Shown piece by piece: positions 47,600 through 56,794 of a DNA stretch of 64,000 nucleotides. Numbering within the stretch: position 1 is the first letter of the stretch; every line of letters begins with the position of its first letter. A program made the position numbers and the translations under genes. A model generated the notes under the pieces. That model was not told the origin of the DNA and did no database searches. It worked only from the letters and a program-made list of their open reading frames with translations. This DNA is from a bacterium (GTDB taxonomy: Bacteria; Bacteroidota; Bacteroidia; Bacteroidales; UBA932), in the NCBI GenBank assembly GCA_963640265.1, contig CAVHYF010000006.1, forward strand, positions 4,737-68,736, given 5' to 3'.

Positions 47600-48949
47600 A
47601 TGGTCAATCTCAGGAAAAAGGCTTTCTGCACCGCCGCCATCATATTCATTGTCAGCATCTTCGGAATTTACATCGATGCCCAGTCGTACAACGACCTCAT
47701 TAAAGAGTCACCTGAAAGGGCCGGGGGAGTCTATCATTTCTATGAATATGCCCCCTCAGCACTCACGAAAGCCCCTAAAGGCTACAAGCCGTTCTACATC
47801 AGCCACTACGGAAGGCACGGCTCCCGCTACCACACAAGCAGCGGGATGTTCTCCGGGGCAGTGGAAAACCTGTCTGCCGCCGAGAAGGCCGGGCTGCTGA
47901 CCGAGGAAGGCAAGATGCTGAAACGCCAGCTGGACACAGTCTGGGCAGAGCATCAGGGAATGTTCGGAATGCTCACGCAAAGAGGCGCCGCCGAGCATCG
48001 GGGAATAGCCGGAAGGATGGCCGCCAATTATCCGGAAGTGTTCCGCGGCAAGAACCGCAGGGAGGTAGAATGCGTGTCAAGCTACTGGCCGAGATGCCTG
48101 GTGAGCATGACGAACTTCACGGAAGCGCTCAGGGAAAAGAGCGGGGACCTCGAGTTCCGCTATCTGACCGGCCCGAAGTACCTCAACTACATCAGTATGG
48201 ACCTTGACACGAAAACCGTGAGCAAGGAATCGTCGAAGATGATCCGGCAGATGAGGGACAGCCTCGTGTCCTGCGAACGATTCTTCGGAGCCATATTCAC
48301 AGACACCGCGAAGGCGATGGAGCTCATCGACGACCCGAGGAAATTTATGGACAATGTCTTCGTCGCCGGAGGCATCAGCCCCAACACCGAGGCGCATCCT
48401 GACATATTGAGCCATTTCACCACGGAGGAACTCGTCGCGCTCTGGATTCCGAGGAACGACAGGATGTACTACAACTACGGCATCTCGCAGGAGGCCGGAG
48501 AATATGTCTCTTCAATCGCCAAGCCGCTCATCGAGGACATCATAGCGAAGGCCGACGCTGCGGTGGAACAGGGAAGCCGCAGGGCGGCCGACCTCAGGTT
48601 CGGCCACGATGTCGGGCTTCTGCCGCTGCTGGGAACCATAGGAATAGCCGGGATGGAGAACAGGATGAAAGCCTCCGAGGCTCACAGGACCTGGTTCGAC
48701 TTCAGGATGATGCCTATGGGATCCAACCTGCAGATGATCTTCTACAGGAACAGGAAGGGGGACGTGCTGGTCAAGCTCGTCTACAACGACAGGGAGACGA
48801 CAATCCCGGCAGTCAAGACCGTCAGCGGTCCTTACTGCAGATGGGAGGATCTCAAGGAATATCTCAACGCAACGGCAACCGCCATCTCCGACGAATTCAT
48901 CGTCAAGGACAACGGAGAGAAGGAGCGCACCGGCGTGGCCGGAATGTAG
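47600..48949 (+). CDS. Histidine acid phosphatase (start re-called at MVNLRK)
   Basis: YISHYGRHGSRY and FGHD; signal peptide; promoter TATCTTTG at 47569-47576. Confidence 0.9.
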   Translation: MVNLRKKAFCTAAIIFIVSIFGIYIDAQSYNDLIKESPERAGGVYHFYEYAPSALTKAPKGYKPFYISHYGRHGSRYHTSSGMFSGAVENLSAAEKAGLLTEEGKMLKRQLDTVWAEHQGMFGMLTQRGAAEHRGIAGRMAANYPEVFRGKNRREVECVSSYWPRCLVSMTNFTEALREKSGDLEFRYLTGPKYLNYISMDLDTKTVSKESSKMIRQMRDSLVSCERFFGAIFTDTAKAMELIDDPRKFMDNVFVAGGISPNTEAHPDILSHFTTEELVALWIPRNDRMYYNYGISQEAGEYVSSIAKPLIEDIIAKADAAVEQGSRRAADLRFGHDVGLLPLLGTIGIAGMENRMKASEAHRTWFDFRMMPMGSNLQMIFYRNRKGDVLVKLVYNDRETTIPAVKTVSGPYCRWEDLKEYLNATATAISDEFIVKDNGEKERTGVAGM

Positions 48950-48961
48950 AAGACCCGCCTG

Positions 48962-49855
48962 CTAGAAGTACACTACGGTCTTCTGCTCTATTGCGGACAT
49001 AAGGGAATTGGCGAGACGGCTCACTCCGAAGCGGAAGAGCTTCCGGTCAGTCCACTCGCTTCCGAGGACAGTTCTGGCGATTGAATAGTAGCAGACTGCA
49101 TCCTTCGCGGTCGAGATGCCTCCGGCAGCCTTGAAGCCGACCTTGCGGCCTGTCTTCGCCTCAAATGCCTTGATGCATTCGCACATTATGTAGGCGGCCA
49201 TAGGAGTGGCGTTGACGCTGACTTTTCCGGTGGAAGTCTTGATGAAGTCAGCCCCCTCCTCCATCGCAAGGAAAGAAGCCTCGGCTATGTTCTCAGGGGT
49301 CACGAGCAGACCTGTCTCAAGGATGACCTTGAAGACCACCTTCCTTCCGACCCTGGCGCCGGCCTCGTCAACCGCCGCGCGCATCGCGCGGATCTCAGCG
49401 CGGGCCGCATCGAAGTCTCCGGCCAGGAAAGCGTTCAGCGCCAGCACGATGTCAATCTCGTCCGCACCAGCCTCGACAGCCATTTCACACTCTTTTGCCT
49501 TGACCTCGATGAAACTCTGTGAAGAAGGGAAGCATCCGGAAACGGCAGTCACGTGCACTTCATCTGAAACGAGTTTCCCGCGCACCAGCGAAGCGAAGTT
49601 CGGGAAAACGCAGATGGATGCAGGGAGCGGATATTCAGGATATTTCACCATAAAGGAATTGACCTTGTCCACCAGTTTGGAGACCGAGGCAGGAGTGTCT
49701 TCGGTGTGGAGGGTCGTCAGGTCCATCAGCGACAGGCAGTCGGTGAGGACTTCCGGCGAAGAGACGTTGTCGATGTTCGCCGCAATCATATCCAGTCTTT
49801 TGCCAATCTGATCCTTGTCAGGAACGTAACCGTACTTTTCAAGCAATTTTTCCAT
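48962..49855 (-). CDS. deoC: Deoxyribose-phosphate aldolase
   Basis: DLTTL, GADEIDIV, KVILETG, FIKTSTGK, GFKAAGGI, FRFG. Confidence 0.95.
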   Translation of the reverse strand: MEKLLEKYGYVPDKDQIGKRLDMIAANIDNVSSPEVLTDCLSLMDLTTLHTEDTPASVSKLVDKVNSFMVKYPEYPLPASICVFPNFASLVRGKLVSDEVHVTAVSGCFPSSQSFIEVKAKECEMAVEAGADEIDIVLALNAFLAGDFDAARAEIRAMRAAVDEAGARVGRKVVFKVILETGLLVTPENIAEASFLAMEEGADFIKTSTGKVSVNATPMAAYIMCECIKAFEAKTGRKVGFKAAGGISTAKDAVCYYSIARTVLGSEWTDRKLFRFGVSRLANSLMSAIEQKTVVYF

Positions 49856-49871
49856 ATCTGTTGTCTTTTTC

Positions 49872-50627
49872 TTATCCTCTTATCTGAATGCTGAAGCCTT
49901 CGTCGACCAAAGGCTGCACCATAATCTTCATTTCTTCCACCGTGAACTTCCCGAGTCCTTCAGCCGGAGCCGGACGGTCGATAGTATAGACCATTATCTC
50001 CCTCGGCTTCAGCTTCCTGACAATCTCCATCCAACCTCCGAGAACATCCTCCGAAGAGGAATCGAAGCCGGGAGCGGTAAGGAACATAGTCTGAAGAATG
50101 AAATCCCCGCGGAACTTCATCAGGTCTTCAACGATGTCACTGACGTGATACTCGCCCTGAGGCTGGTTTATCATTTCCGCCAGAGCGTCAGTCGGAGCGT
50201 CTATCTTCATTATCGGGTTGTCAACCTTGCGCAAAGCCTCAAAGACGTCATTTCTGCACACTCTGGTGGCGTTGGACAGCACCGAAACCTTGGCCCTCGG
50301 GTAGAATTCATCCCTCAGGGCCAGCGTGATGTCTATGATGCGCGCGAAGTCCGGATTCAAAGTCGGTTCCCCGTCGCCGGAGAAGGTGACGGAGTCTATC
50401 GGAACTCCTGAACCCCGGCATTCGCGAAGCTTCGAGCCAAGGGCCGCTTCAAGGTCGGAGGCGGAAGGAAGCCTGCGGTCCCCCCTGCCGTCCCTGTTCC
50501 AACCGCATTCGCAGTAGATGCAGTCGAAATTGCACAGCTTGCCTTCCGTCGGAAGGAGATTGATTCCCAACGACGAACCGAGCCTCCTGGAATGGATAGG
50601 GCCGAAGACCAGTTCCTCACGCATCAT
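49872..50627 (-). CDS. Radical SAM protein, TYW1/COG0731-like (start re-called at MMREEL)
   Basis: FGPIHSRRLGSSLGINL, CNFDCIYC, TFSGDGEPTL, LSNA. Confidence 0.87.
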   Translation of the reverse strand: MMREELVFGPIHSRRLGSSLGINLLPTEGKLCNFDCIYCECGWNRDGRGDRRLPSASDLEAALGSKLRECRGSGVPIDSVTFSGDGEPTLNPDFARIIDITLALRDEFYPRAKVSVLSNATRVCRNDVFEALRKVDNPIMKIDAPTDALAEMINQPQGEYHVSDIVEDLMKFRGDFILQTMFLTAPGFDSSSEDVLGGWMEIVRKLKPREIMVYTIDRPAPAEGLGKFTVEEMKIMVQPLVDEGFSIQIRG

Positions 50628-50667
50628 TGCCGGAATCCGTTTTTGGACAATCCTCTCTGAACCATAG

Positions 50668-51855
50668 CTAAACGATTCTTCTGGAGCGGCTGGCTGCAGT
50701 AAGCCTGCAGTCGCCGTCAAGATTGTCAATTGCAACAATACCGGGCTTCTTTCCGACCTCCAGCGAGCCATAGACGGATTCCTTCGAAAGGAACTCGGCT
50801 CCGTTGCGGCAGGCCCAGGTCAGCAGTTCCCCGAGTTCAAGCTCCGGGAATGCAGTCTGAAGGCAACGCAGTTCGGAGACGATGTCAAGGTCGTCGTTGC
50901 TGGAAAGCGAATCGGTGCCGACAGTCAGCTTCAGGCCATTGCGACGCATCAGCGGCACAGGCGGCAGAGCGTTGTGTATGAATATGTTCGATTGAGGGCA
51001 CAGGGCCACGAACGGATGAGTCATAACCTTCTTCACGGCATCTATGCCCTCCTGGTCCATACACACTTCGTGCACGAGCAGGATGTGTTCGCCAAACGGT
51101 GCCGGATGAGCCTTCACCAGCCTGTCGATGAAATACAGGAGCGAAGACTTGCCGGTGACAGGCGGAACGCTCATCCCTGCGGCCTTGCGGTTGTCCCACA
51201 TAGCCCCTCTGCCGTACTTGAGCATATCTTCCTCCTCCTCAGTCTCTTCGGAATGGAACGAAAGGAAACCGGACTTGAGTCCCTCGGCGGAAACCGCAGT
51301 CACAAGTTCAGGACTCATCGTGTAGCAGGCGTGCGGAGTCGGGGCGGAGTCTATGCCGAACGAGTCGGCGACCGACTTCAACTTCATCACGTCGGCCATG
51401 ACCTGGCCGCAATCCTGCGGCTCCGTGCCGAACACCTCGAGGAATGTCCTTGTGTACATCGGCGAATCCTTCTTGATGGCGAAAGTGTCAGCGCAGTTGC
51501 TGATGTCGGCCATCGCGGAAACTCCCCTGCTCCACATCAGGTCCATCCAGCGGCGGATGTCGGCGAGTTTCTCATCCAGGCTCTTGTTGTCCCGCATCTC
51601 GTTGATCTGGTCGATGAAACCGGCCATTCCGGTGCTTTTGCGGAACATCTTCCAGAGATAGGACAGCTCCAGATGGCAATGAGTGTTGACAAAACCCGGA
51701 ACTATTGCTCCGTCGATGAAATCCGGCTCGGCCGAAGGATCCGGGCACTCCCCGACCGCCGTCACGGTGCCGTCGGCATCGTACTCGACGAAACCGTCGG
51801 CTATCGGGCCGCGGCCGTCAAGGGCAAAAACATATTTCGCAGCGATTCTTTTCAT
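50668..51855 (-). CDS. Metal-dependent amidohydrolase (nucleoside deaminase-like)
   Basis: PGFVNTHCHLELS, PHACY, FHSEE, LVH, CPQSN, GTDSLSSN. Confidence 0.87.
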   Translation of the reverse strand: MKRIAAKYVFALDGRGPIADGFVEYDADGTVTAVGECPDPSAEPDFIDGAIVPGFVNTHCHLELSYLWKMFRKSTGMAGFIDQINEMRDNKSLDEKLADIRRWMDLMWSRGVSAMADISNCADTFAIKKDSPMYTRTFLEVFGTEPQDCGQVMADVMKLKSVADSFGIDSAPTPHACYTMSPELVTAVSAEGLKSGFLSFHSEETEEEEDMLKYGRGAMWDNRKAAGMSVPPVTGKSSLLYFIDRLVKAHPAPFGEHILLVHEVCMDQEGIDAVKKVMTHPFVALCPQSNIFIHNALPPVPLMRRNGLKLTVGTDSLSSNDDLDIVSELRCLQTAFPELELGELLTWACRNGAEFLSKESVYGSLEVGKKPGIVAIDNLDGDCRLTAASRSRRIV

Positions 51856-51892
51856 TTCAATCAATTTCGGAAATCCTTCCTGACGCGCTCCC

Positions 51893-52564
51893 TCATTTCA
51901 GATCCCTGAGTTCCAGCACTCCGGCATCAACTCTGACGGGAGCGGTTCCCGGATGCAGTTTCAAGTCCCGCTTCCGCAGCGTGTCGGCCACGGCTTCCCG
52001 AGGTTCTGCGGCGGCACGGGGCTCGACGGCAGGACCGTTTATGACGGTGCCGTACAGCACGGCCGACGGGGAATATACCCCCAGGGAATCAAGCGTGAAG
52101 ACAACCGTGTCCGTCCTGACATCTTCTCCGAACATCTCCGAGCAGACCGGGAACACCTTCAGTTCCTTCGATTTCATCGCGCGCGCCACCGAATCCGCCT
52201 GTCTCTTGAAGCGGTCTTCCCTGTCGACCTTCGTCGTCAGGGAAGAAGACTCCTTGCTGAGGCTTGAGCAGACACGCTTGAGCATCTCGGCATAGCGTTC
52301 GGGATCGTTGAGGTAACTGTCGACGCTCTTGCGGTAATCCTCGACGGTGTAGCCGTATTTTTCGAATATCGGAGCGTAGAACCAGGTCGTGTCCGCCATC
52401 GGACGCTTCTGAGGATTGCCGTTCAGCCACTGGTCGGCGAGGAACATCTCACGGTAGATCTTCTCCATCTTGCGCACGGGAATGACCCTCGCCTCGCGGG
52501 AACAGGCCCACAGGGCGACGGCCAGAAGCGCCAAAGGAAGAACTGTCCTGAGAATCCTGCGCAT
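51893..52564 (-). CDS. DUF4296-like lipoprotein
   Basis: Lipobox LWAC; IPVRKM, IFEKYGYT..DY..SV..Y...P pattern. Confidence 0.7.
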   Translation of the reverse strand: MRRILRTVLPLALLAVALWACSREARVIPVRKMEKIYREMFLADQWLNGNPQKRPMADTTWFYAPIFEKYGYTVEDYRKSVDSYLNDPERYAEMLKRVCSSLSKESSSLTTKVDREDRFKRQADSVARAMKSKELKVFPVCSEMFGEDVRTDTVVFTLDSLGVYSPSAVLYGTVINGPAVEPRAAAEPREAVADTLRKRDLKLHPGTAPVRVDAGVLELRDLK

Positions 52565-52567
52565 AAC

Positions 52568-55009
52568 CTACCTTAAAACCGCGCCGTATTCGTTCTGGAA
52601 CGTGGAAAGGAGTTTCTTCATCACTCTCTCCACATCTTCGTCCGTCAGGGTCTTATCGACATCCTGGAGAACGAAACCGAGGGCGTACTGCTTCTTGCCC
52701 GCTGGAATCTTGTCTCCGCGATAGACATCGAAGAGCGTAACCTGCTTGAGAAGCTTCTTCGCAGCCTTGAACGAACTGCGGTAGAGAGAAGCGTAGCAGA
52801 CGCTCTCGTCGAGCAGCAGCGCGAGGTCTCTGCGGACCTCAGGGAACTTAGGCATCTCCTTGAACGCGACCTTGTCTCTCTTGACTATCGTGAACAGGGT
52901 GTTCCAGTTGATCTCGGCGGCGAACACAGGCTGGCGTATTCCGAACTTCTTGAGGATGGCAGGAGCGACCGTACCCATCACGGCAAGCGGCGTGTGCTGT
53001 CCCGGAAGGGCGAAAGCGACACCTTCGCTGAATATGTCCGCAGGAGCGGCGGAAGCCTCCATCTGGTAGAGGTCCGCACCGAAGCGCCTCAGCAGGAGGT
53101 CCACATAGCCTCTCAGCTCGAAGAAGCTGCTCTTGCCCGGCTGGCAGTTCCAGGTCTTCTCCGGAGTGCCGGTGATGAACATCGAGAACGCCGGATGCTC
53201 TTCGTAGGAAGCCAGCGTCTTGCCGTCCATTTCAGGATTGCGGGAATAGACGGAGCCATATTCAAATAGCCTCATCGAAGACATCTGGCGGTTGATGTTG
53301 TAGGCGACAACCTCGAGGCCGCTGAAGATCAGGTTCTGCCTCATCACGTTGAGGTCGGAGCTGAGCGGATTGACGATGGTGACGCTCTTCTCCTCCGGGA
53401 AGGAAGTCAGCCCCTTGTAGTAGGCTCCCTTGGTGAGGGAGTTGTTCATTATCTCTACGAATCCGTTGGCCGCAAGGAAGTTGGAGATTCCGTTGCGGAT
53501 GGCCTCCGGCTCCGGTGAAGGAGTGGCGTTGACGGACATCCTCATCTGCGCAGGAAGGTCGATGTTGTTGTAGCCGTAAATCCTGAGGATTTCCTCGACC
53601 ACATCACATTCCCTCGTCACATCGACCATATAGGTCGGCGCCGCCACCCTGGCTCCGCCCTGACGCTTCTCGATGAAGTCGTAGGCGAGGGCCTTGAGGA
53701 TCCTTTCGATGGTGTCGTGTCCTATCTTCTTGCCGATGAAATTCTCTATGCGGTCATAGTCGAGGTCGATGACCTTCTTCTCTATCTTCTCGGGATAGAA
53801 CTCCTCGATGCCGCCCACGATTTCTCCGCCGGCAACCTCCCGGATCAGGAGGGCGGCGCGCTTGGCGGCATATTCATTGATTCCAGGATCGGCTCCCCTC
53901 TCGTAGCGGAAGGAGGCGTCGGTCTGGAGGGTGTGCCTCTTGGATGTCTTGCGGATTGAGCCGGGGTCGAAATAGGCGCTCTCGATGAAGACGTCGACGG
54001 TCTCGGCCTTGACTCCGGAATCGATGCCGCCGAACACTCCGGCCAGGCACATAGGCCCGTCCGCATTGGCGATGACGATGTCCTCGGCGGAAAGTTTCCT
54101 CTCGACCTCGTCGAGGGTGACAAGTTTCTCGCCCTCGGCAGCCCTTCTGACGATCACTTTTCCGCCCTTGACCTTGTCGGCGTCAAAGGTGTGCAGCGGC
54201 TGGCCGAGTTCGAACAGGACGAAGTTCGACACGTCGACCACATTGTCGATAGGCCTCAGGCCGATCGACATCAGCTTCTTCTGAAGCCATTCCGGAGACG
54301 GACCGACCTTCACTCCCTTGACGGTGATTCCGCAGTAGCGCGGTGCGGCTGCGGCATCCTGCACTTCGATCTGCAGGCCTCTGCCTTCGCCCGGCTTCCA
54401 GGCGTCCACGGACGGGTACTTGAACGAACAAGGGATGCCGTTCACCTGCATCCAGGCATAGAGATCGCGGGCCACGCCGATGTGCGAAGCCGCATCGACA
54501 CGGTTCGCCGTGATTTCATATTCAATGACCGCCTCGGTCTTGAGGTGGAGATATTCCTTGGCGGATGTTCCGACAGGCGCGTCGGCAGGGAGGACCTTGA
54601 TGCCGGAATGGTCGTCTCCGATTCCGAGTTCGTCCTCGGCGCAGATCATTCCGAAGGATTCGACGCCGCGGATCTTCGACTTCTTGATCTTGAAGTCGCC
54701 AGGAAGAACCGCACCGATTCTCGCGAAGAGGACCTTCTGGCCGGCGGCCACATTGGGAGCGCCGCAGACAACGGTGAGAGGCTCGCCCGTGCCGTCGTTG
54801 ACTTTCGTTATGTGAAGATGGTCGGAATCAGGATGGGCTTCGCACTCGAGCACTTCAGCCACGACCACGCCGGCAAGTCCGCCGGGAATCTCTTCCTGCT
54901 CCTCAACGGAGTCCACTTCGATACCTATCGCAGTCATCGCGTCAGCGATCTGCTGCGGAGTAAGATCCGACTCGAGATAATCCTTGAGCCAATTGTAAGA
55001 AAGCTTCAT
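52568..55009 (-). CDS. pheT: Phenylalanine--tRNA ligase beta subunit
   Basis: SYNWLKDY, CGAPN, SKIRGVES, TANR, GQPLH, RYERG, EEILRIYG, RRDLA. Confidence 0.97.
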   Translation of the reverse strand: MKLSYNWLKDYLESDLTPQQIADAMTAIGIEVDSVEEQEEIPGGLAGVVVAEVLECEAHPDSDHLHITKVNDGTGEPLTVVCGAPNVAAGQKVLFARIGAVLPGDFKIKKSKIRGVESFGMICAEDELGIGDDHSGIKVLPADAPVGTSAKEYLHLKTEAVIEYEITANRVDAASHIGVARDLYAWMQVNGIPCSFKYPSVDAWKPGEGRGLQIEVQDAAAAPRYCGITVKGVKVGPSPEWLQKKLMSIGLRPIDNVVDVSNFVLFELGQPLHTFDADKVKGGKVIVRRAAEGEKLVTLDEVERKLSAEDIVIANADGPMCLAGVFGGIDSGVKAETVDVFIESAYFDPGSIRKTSKRHTLQTDASFRYERGADPGINEYAAKRAALLIREVAGGEIVGGIEEFYPEKIEKKVIDLDYDRIENFIGKKIGHDTIERILKALAYDFIEKRQGGARVAAPTYMVDVTRECDVVEEILRIYGYNNIDLPAQMRMSVNATPSPEPEAIRNGISNFLAANGFVEIMNNSLTKGAYYKGLTSFPEEKSVTIVNPLSSDLNVMRQNLIFSGLEVVAYNINRQMSSMRLFEYGSVYSRNPEMDGKTLASYEEHPAFSMFITGTPEKTWNCQPGKSSFFELRGYVDLLLRRFGADLYQMEASAAPADIFSEGVAFALPGQHTPLAVMGTVAPAILKKFGIRQPVFAAEINWNTLFTIVKRDKVAFKEMPKFPEVRRDLALLLDESVCYASLYRSSFKAAKKLLKQVTLFDVYRGDKIPAGKKQYALGFVLQDVDKTLTDEDVERVMKKLLSTFQNEYGAVLR

Positions 55010-55015
55010 ATGTTA

Positions 55016-55948
55016 TTATTTTTCAATATCTTCCCTTGAAAACAGCGAGCGGACGAATTCCTTCTTGTCGAAGACTTTCAGGTCGTCTATCCCCTCACCT
55101 ATGCCTATGAACTTGACCGGGACCTTGAGCTGGTCCACGATTCCGATCACGACGCCTCCCTTGGCGGTGCCGTCCAGCTTGGTGATCGCCAGCGAGGTGA
55201 TGTCTGTAGCCTTGGAGAACTCTCTGGCCTGCTGGTAGGCGTTCTGACCCGTCGAAGCGTCCAGCACGAGAAGAACCTCGTTCGGAACGTCGGGAATGAC
55301 CTTTCGCATCACGTTGCGGATCTTGGTCAGCTCGTTCATCAGGTCAATCCTGTTGTGCAGCCTGCCGGCGGTGTCGATCAGCACAACGTCCGCTCCCTTG
55401 GCGACTGCAGACTTGACAGTGTCGAAGGCCACCGAAGCCGGGTCCGAACCCATCCCCTGCTTGACGATCTCCACGCCGGCCCTGTCGGCCCAGATCTGGA
55501 GCTGCTCGACGGCGGCGGCCCGGAAAGTGTCGGCGGCGCCGATCATCACGCGCTTGCCCATCGCCTTGTACCTTGCGGCCAGTTTGCCGATGGTGGTCGT
55601 CTTGCCCACGCCGTTCACCCCCACGACCATCACCACGAAAGGCTTCCTGTCCAGGGCGAAAGGCTCCTTCGGGGACTCCTCGCCATCGACATTCAGGAGA
55701 GAGCCGATCTCGTCCCTGAGCATATCCACGAGTTCGTCGAAGGACATATACTTGTCCCTTCCGACACGCTCCTCGAGGCTGTCGACGATCTTGAGCGTGG
55801 TGTCCACTCCCATATCCGAGGCGACAAGAGCCTCCTCGATGGCGTCAAGCACGCTGTCATCGACCTTCGATTTGCCCATTATCGACCTGGAAAGCCTCTG
55901 GAAAAAGCCTTCCTTCGTCTTCTTGACCCCTCTGTCAAACAATCCCAT
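55016..55948 (-). CDS. ftsY: SRP receptor FtsY
   Basis: GVNGVGKTTT, DTFRAAA, DTAGR, TKLDGTAKGG. Confidence 0.97.
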   Translation of the reverse strand: MGLFDRGVKKTKEGFFQRLSRSIMGKSKVDDSVLDAIEEALVASDMGVDTTLKIVDSLEERVGRDKYMSFDELVDMLRDEIGSLLNVDGEESPKEPFALDRKPFVVMVVGVNGVGKTTTIGKLAARYKAMGKRVMIGAADTFRAAAVEQLQIWADRAGVEIVKQGMGSDPASVAFDTVKSAVAKGADVVLIDTAGRLHNRIDLMNELTKIRNVMRKVIPDVPNEVLLVLDASTGQNAYQQAREFSKATDITSLAITKLDGTAKGGVVIGIVDQLKVPVKFIGIGEGIDDLKVFDKKEFVRSLFSREDIEK

Positions 55949-56034
55949 ACAGTCTGTTTTTGTAAACTACAAATATACACAAATTCGGTATCGTGCACAA
56001 AAAATAATCCTTTCGCTCCGGCGGCGGACAACAC

Positions 56035-56070
56035 AAAAAAAGCGCAGACAGTGGAATCAGTCCGCGCTTT
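56035..56070 (-). terminator. Terminator after rpmB-rpmG-DUF4295
   Basis: Minus strand AAAGCGCGGAC...GTCTGCGCTTTTTT. Confidence 0.7.
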
Positions 56071-56092
56071 CATCTATCGGTAACGGGTAGAA

Positions 56093-56254
56093 CTACTTCT
56101 TGCCCTCGAAGAAATCCTTGGTCTTTTCAGCCTCGACGAGAAGCTCGGTAAAGACGTAAGCTCCGGTCTTAGGTGACTTGTCCATACGGATGCACTTCAC
56201 CATACTCTTTGCGCCAGCCTTGGCGGCGAATGTAGCGACTGCTTTCTTTGCCAT
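56093..56254 (-). CDS. DUF4295 family small protein (53 aa, absent from the ORF track)
   Basis: MAKKAVATFAAKAGAKSMVKCIRMDKSPKTGAYVF...; usual position between rpmG and ftsY. Confidence 0.88.
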   Translation of the reverse strand: MAKKAVATFAAKAGAKSMVKCIRMDKSPKTGAYVFTELLVEAEKTKDFFEGKK

Positions 56255-56270
56255 AGTCTAACTCTCCAAT

Positions 56271-56459
56271 TTATTTGATTTCACGATGAACAGTCACCTT
56301 GTGAAGGTAAGGGTTGTACTTCTTGAGCTCAAGACGCTCCGGTGTGTTCTTCTTGTTCTTGGTCGTGATGTACCTAGAGATTCCCGGCACACCGCTGGCC
56401 TTCTGCTCAGTGCATTCGAGGATGACCTGCACCCTGTTTCCTTTTGCTTTCTTTGCCAT
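56271..56459 (-). CDS. rpmG: 50S ribosomal protein L33
   Basis: [32 protein letters not shown]. Confidence 0.97.
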   Translation of the reverse strand: MAKKAKGNRVQVILECTEQKASGVPGISRYITTKNKKNTPERLELKKYNPYLHKVTVHREIK

Positions 56460-56472
56460 AATTCAATAGATT

Positions 56473-56715
56473 TTAAACAAGGCCGACATATCCCTTGGCC
56501 TGAGCCTCCCTGACGGCTGCGTCAAGACCTTTCTTTTCGATTGTTCTCATTCCCTTGCAGGAAACCTTGAGAGTGATGAACCTGTGCTCCTCCTCTGACC
56601 AGAACTTCTTGGTCTTGAGGTTGAGGGCGAACTCGCGCTTTGTGCGAAGCTTGGAGTGAGCCACATTGTAGCCCATCATCCTTTTCCGTCCTGTGATTTG
56701 ACAAACTTTTGCCAT
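56473..56715 (-). CDS. rpmB: 50S ribosomal protein L28
   Basis: MAKVCQITG, NVAHSKLRTKR. Confidence 0.96.
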   Translation of the reverse strand: MAKVCQITGRKRMMGYNVAHSKLRTKREFALNLKTKKFWSEEEHRFITLKVSCKGMRTIEKKGLDAAVREAQAKGYVGLV

Positions 56716-56794
56716 GATATTTTACTTTTTTATTGATTCAAAATAATTTGCGGGGCTGCAAATTTCGCTTAAAATTTTCAGAATCGCAAGAAAT

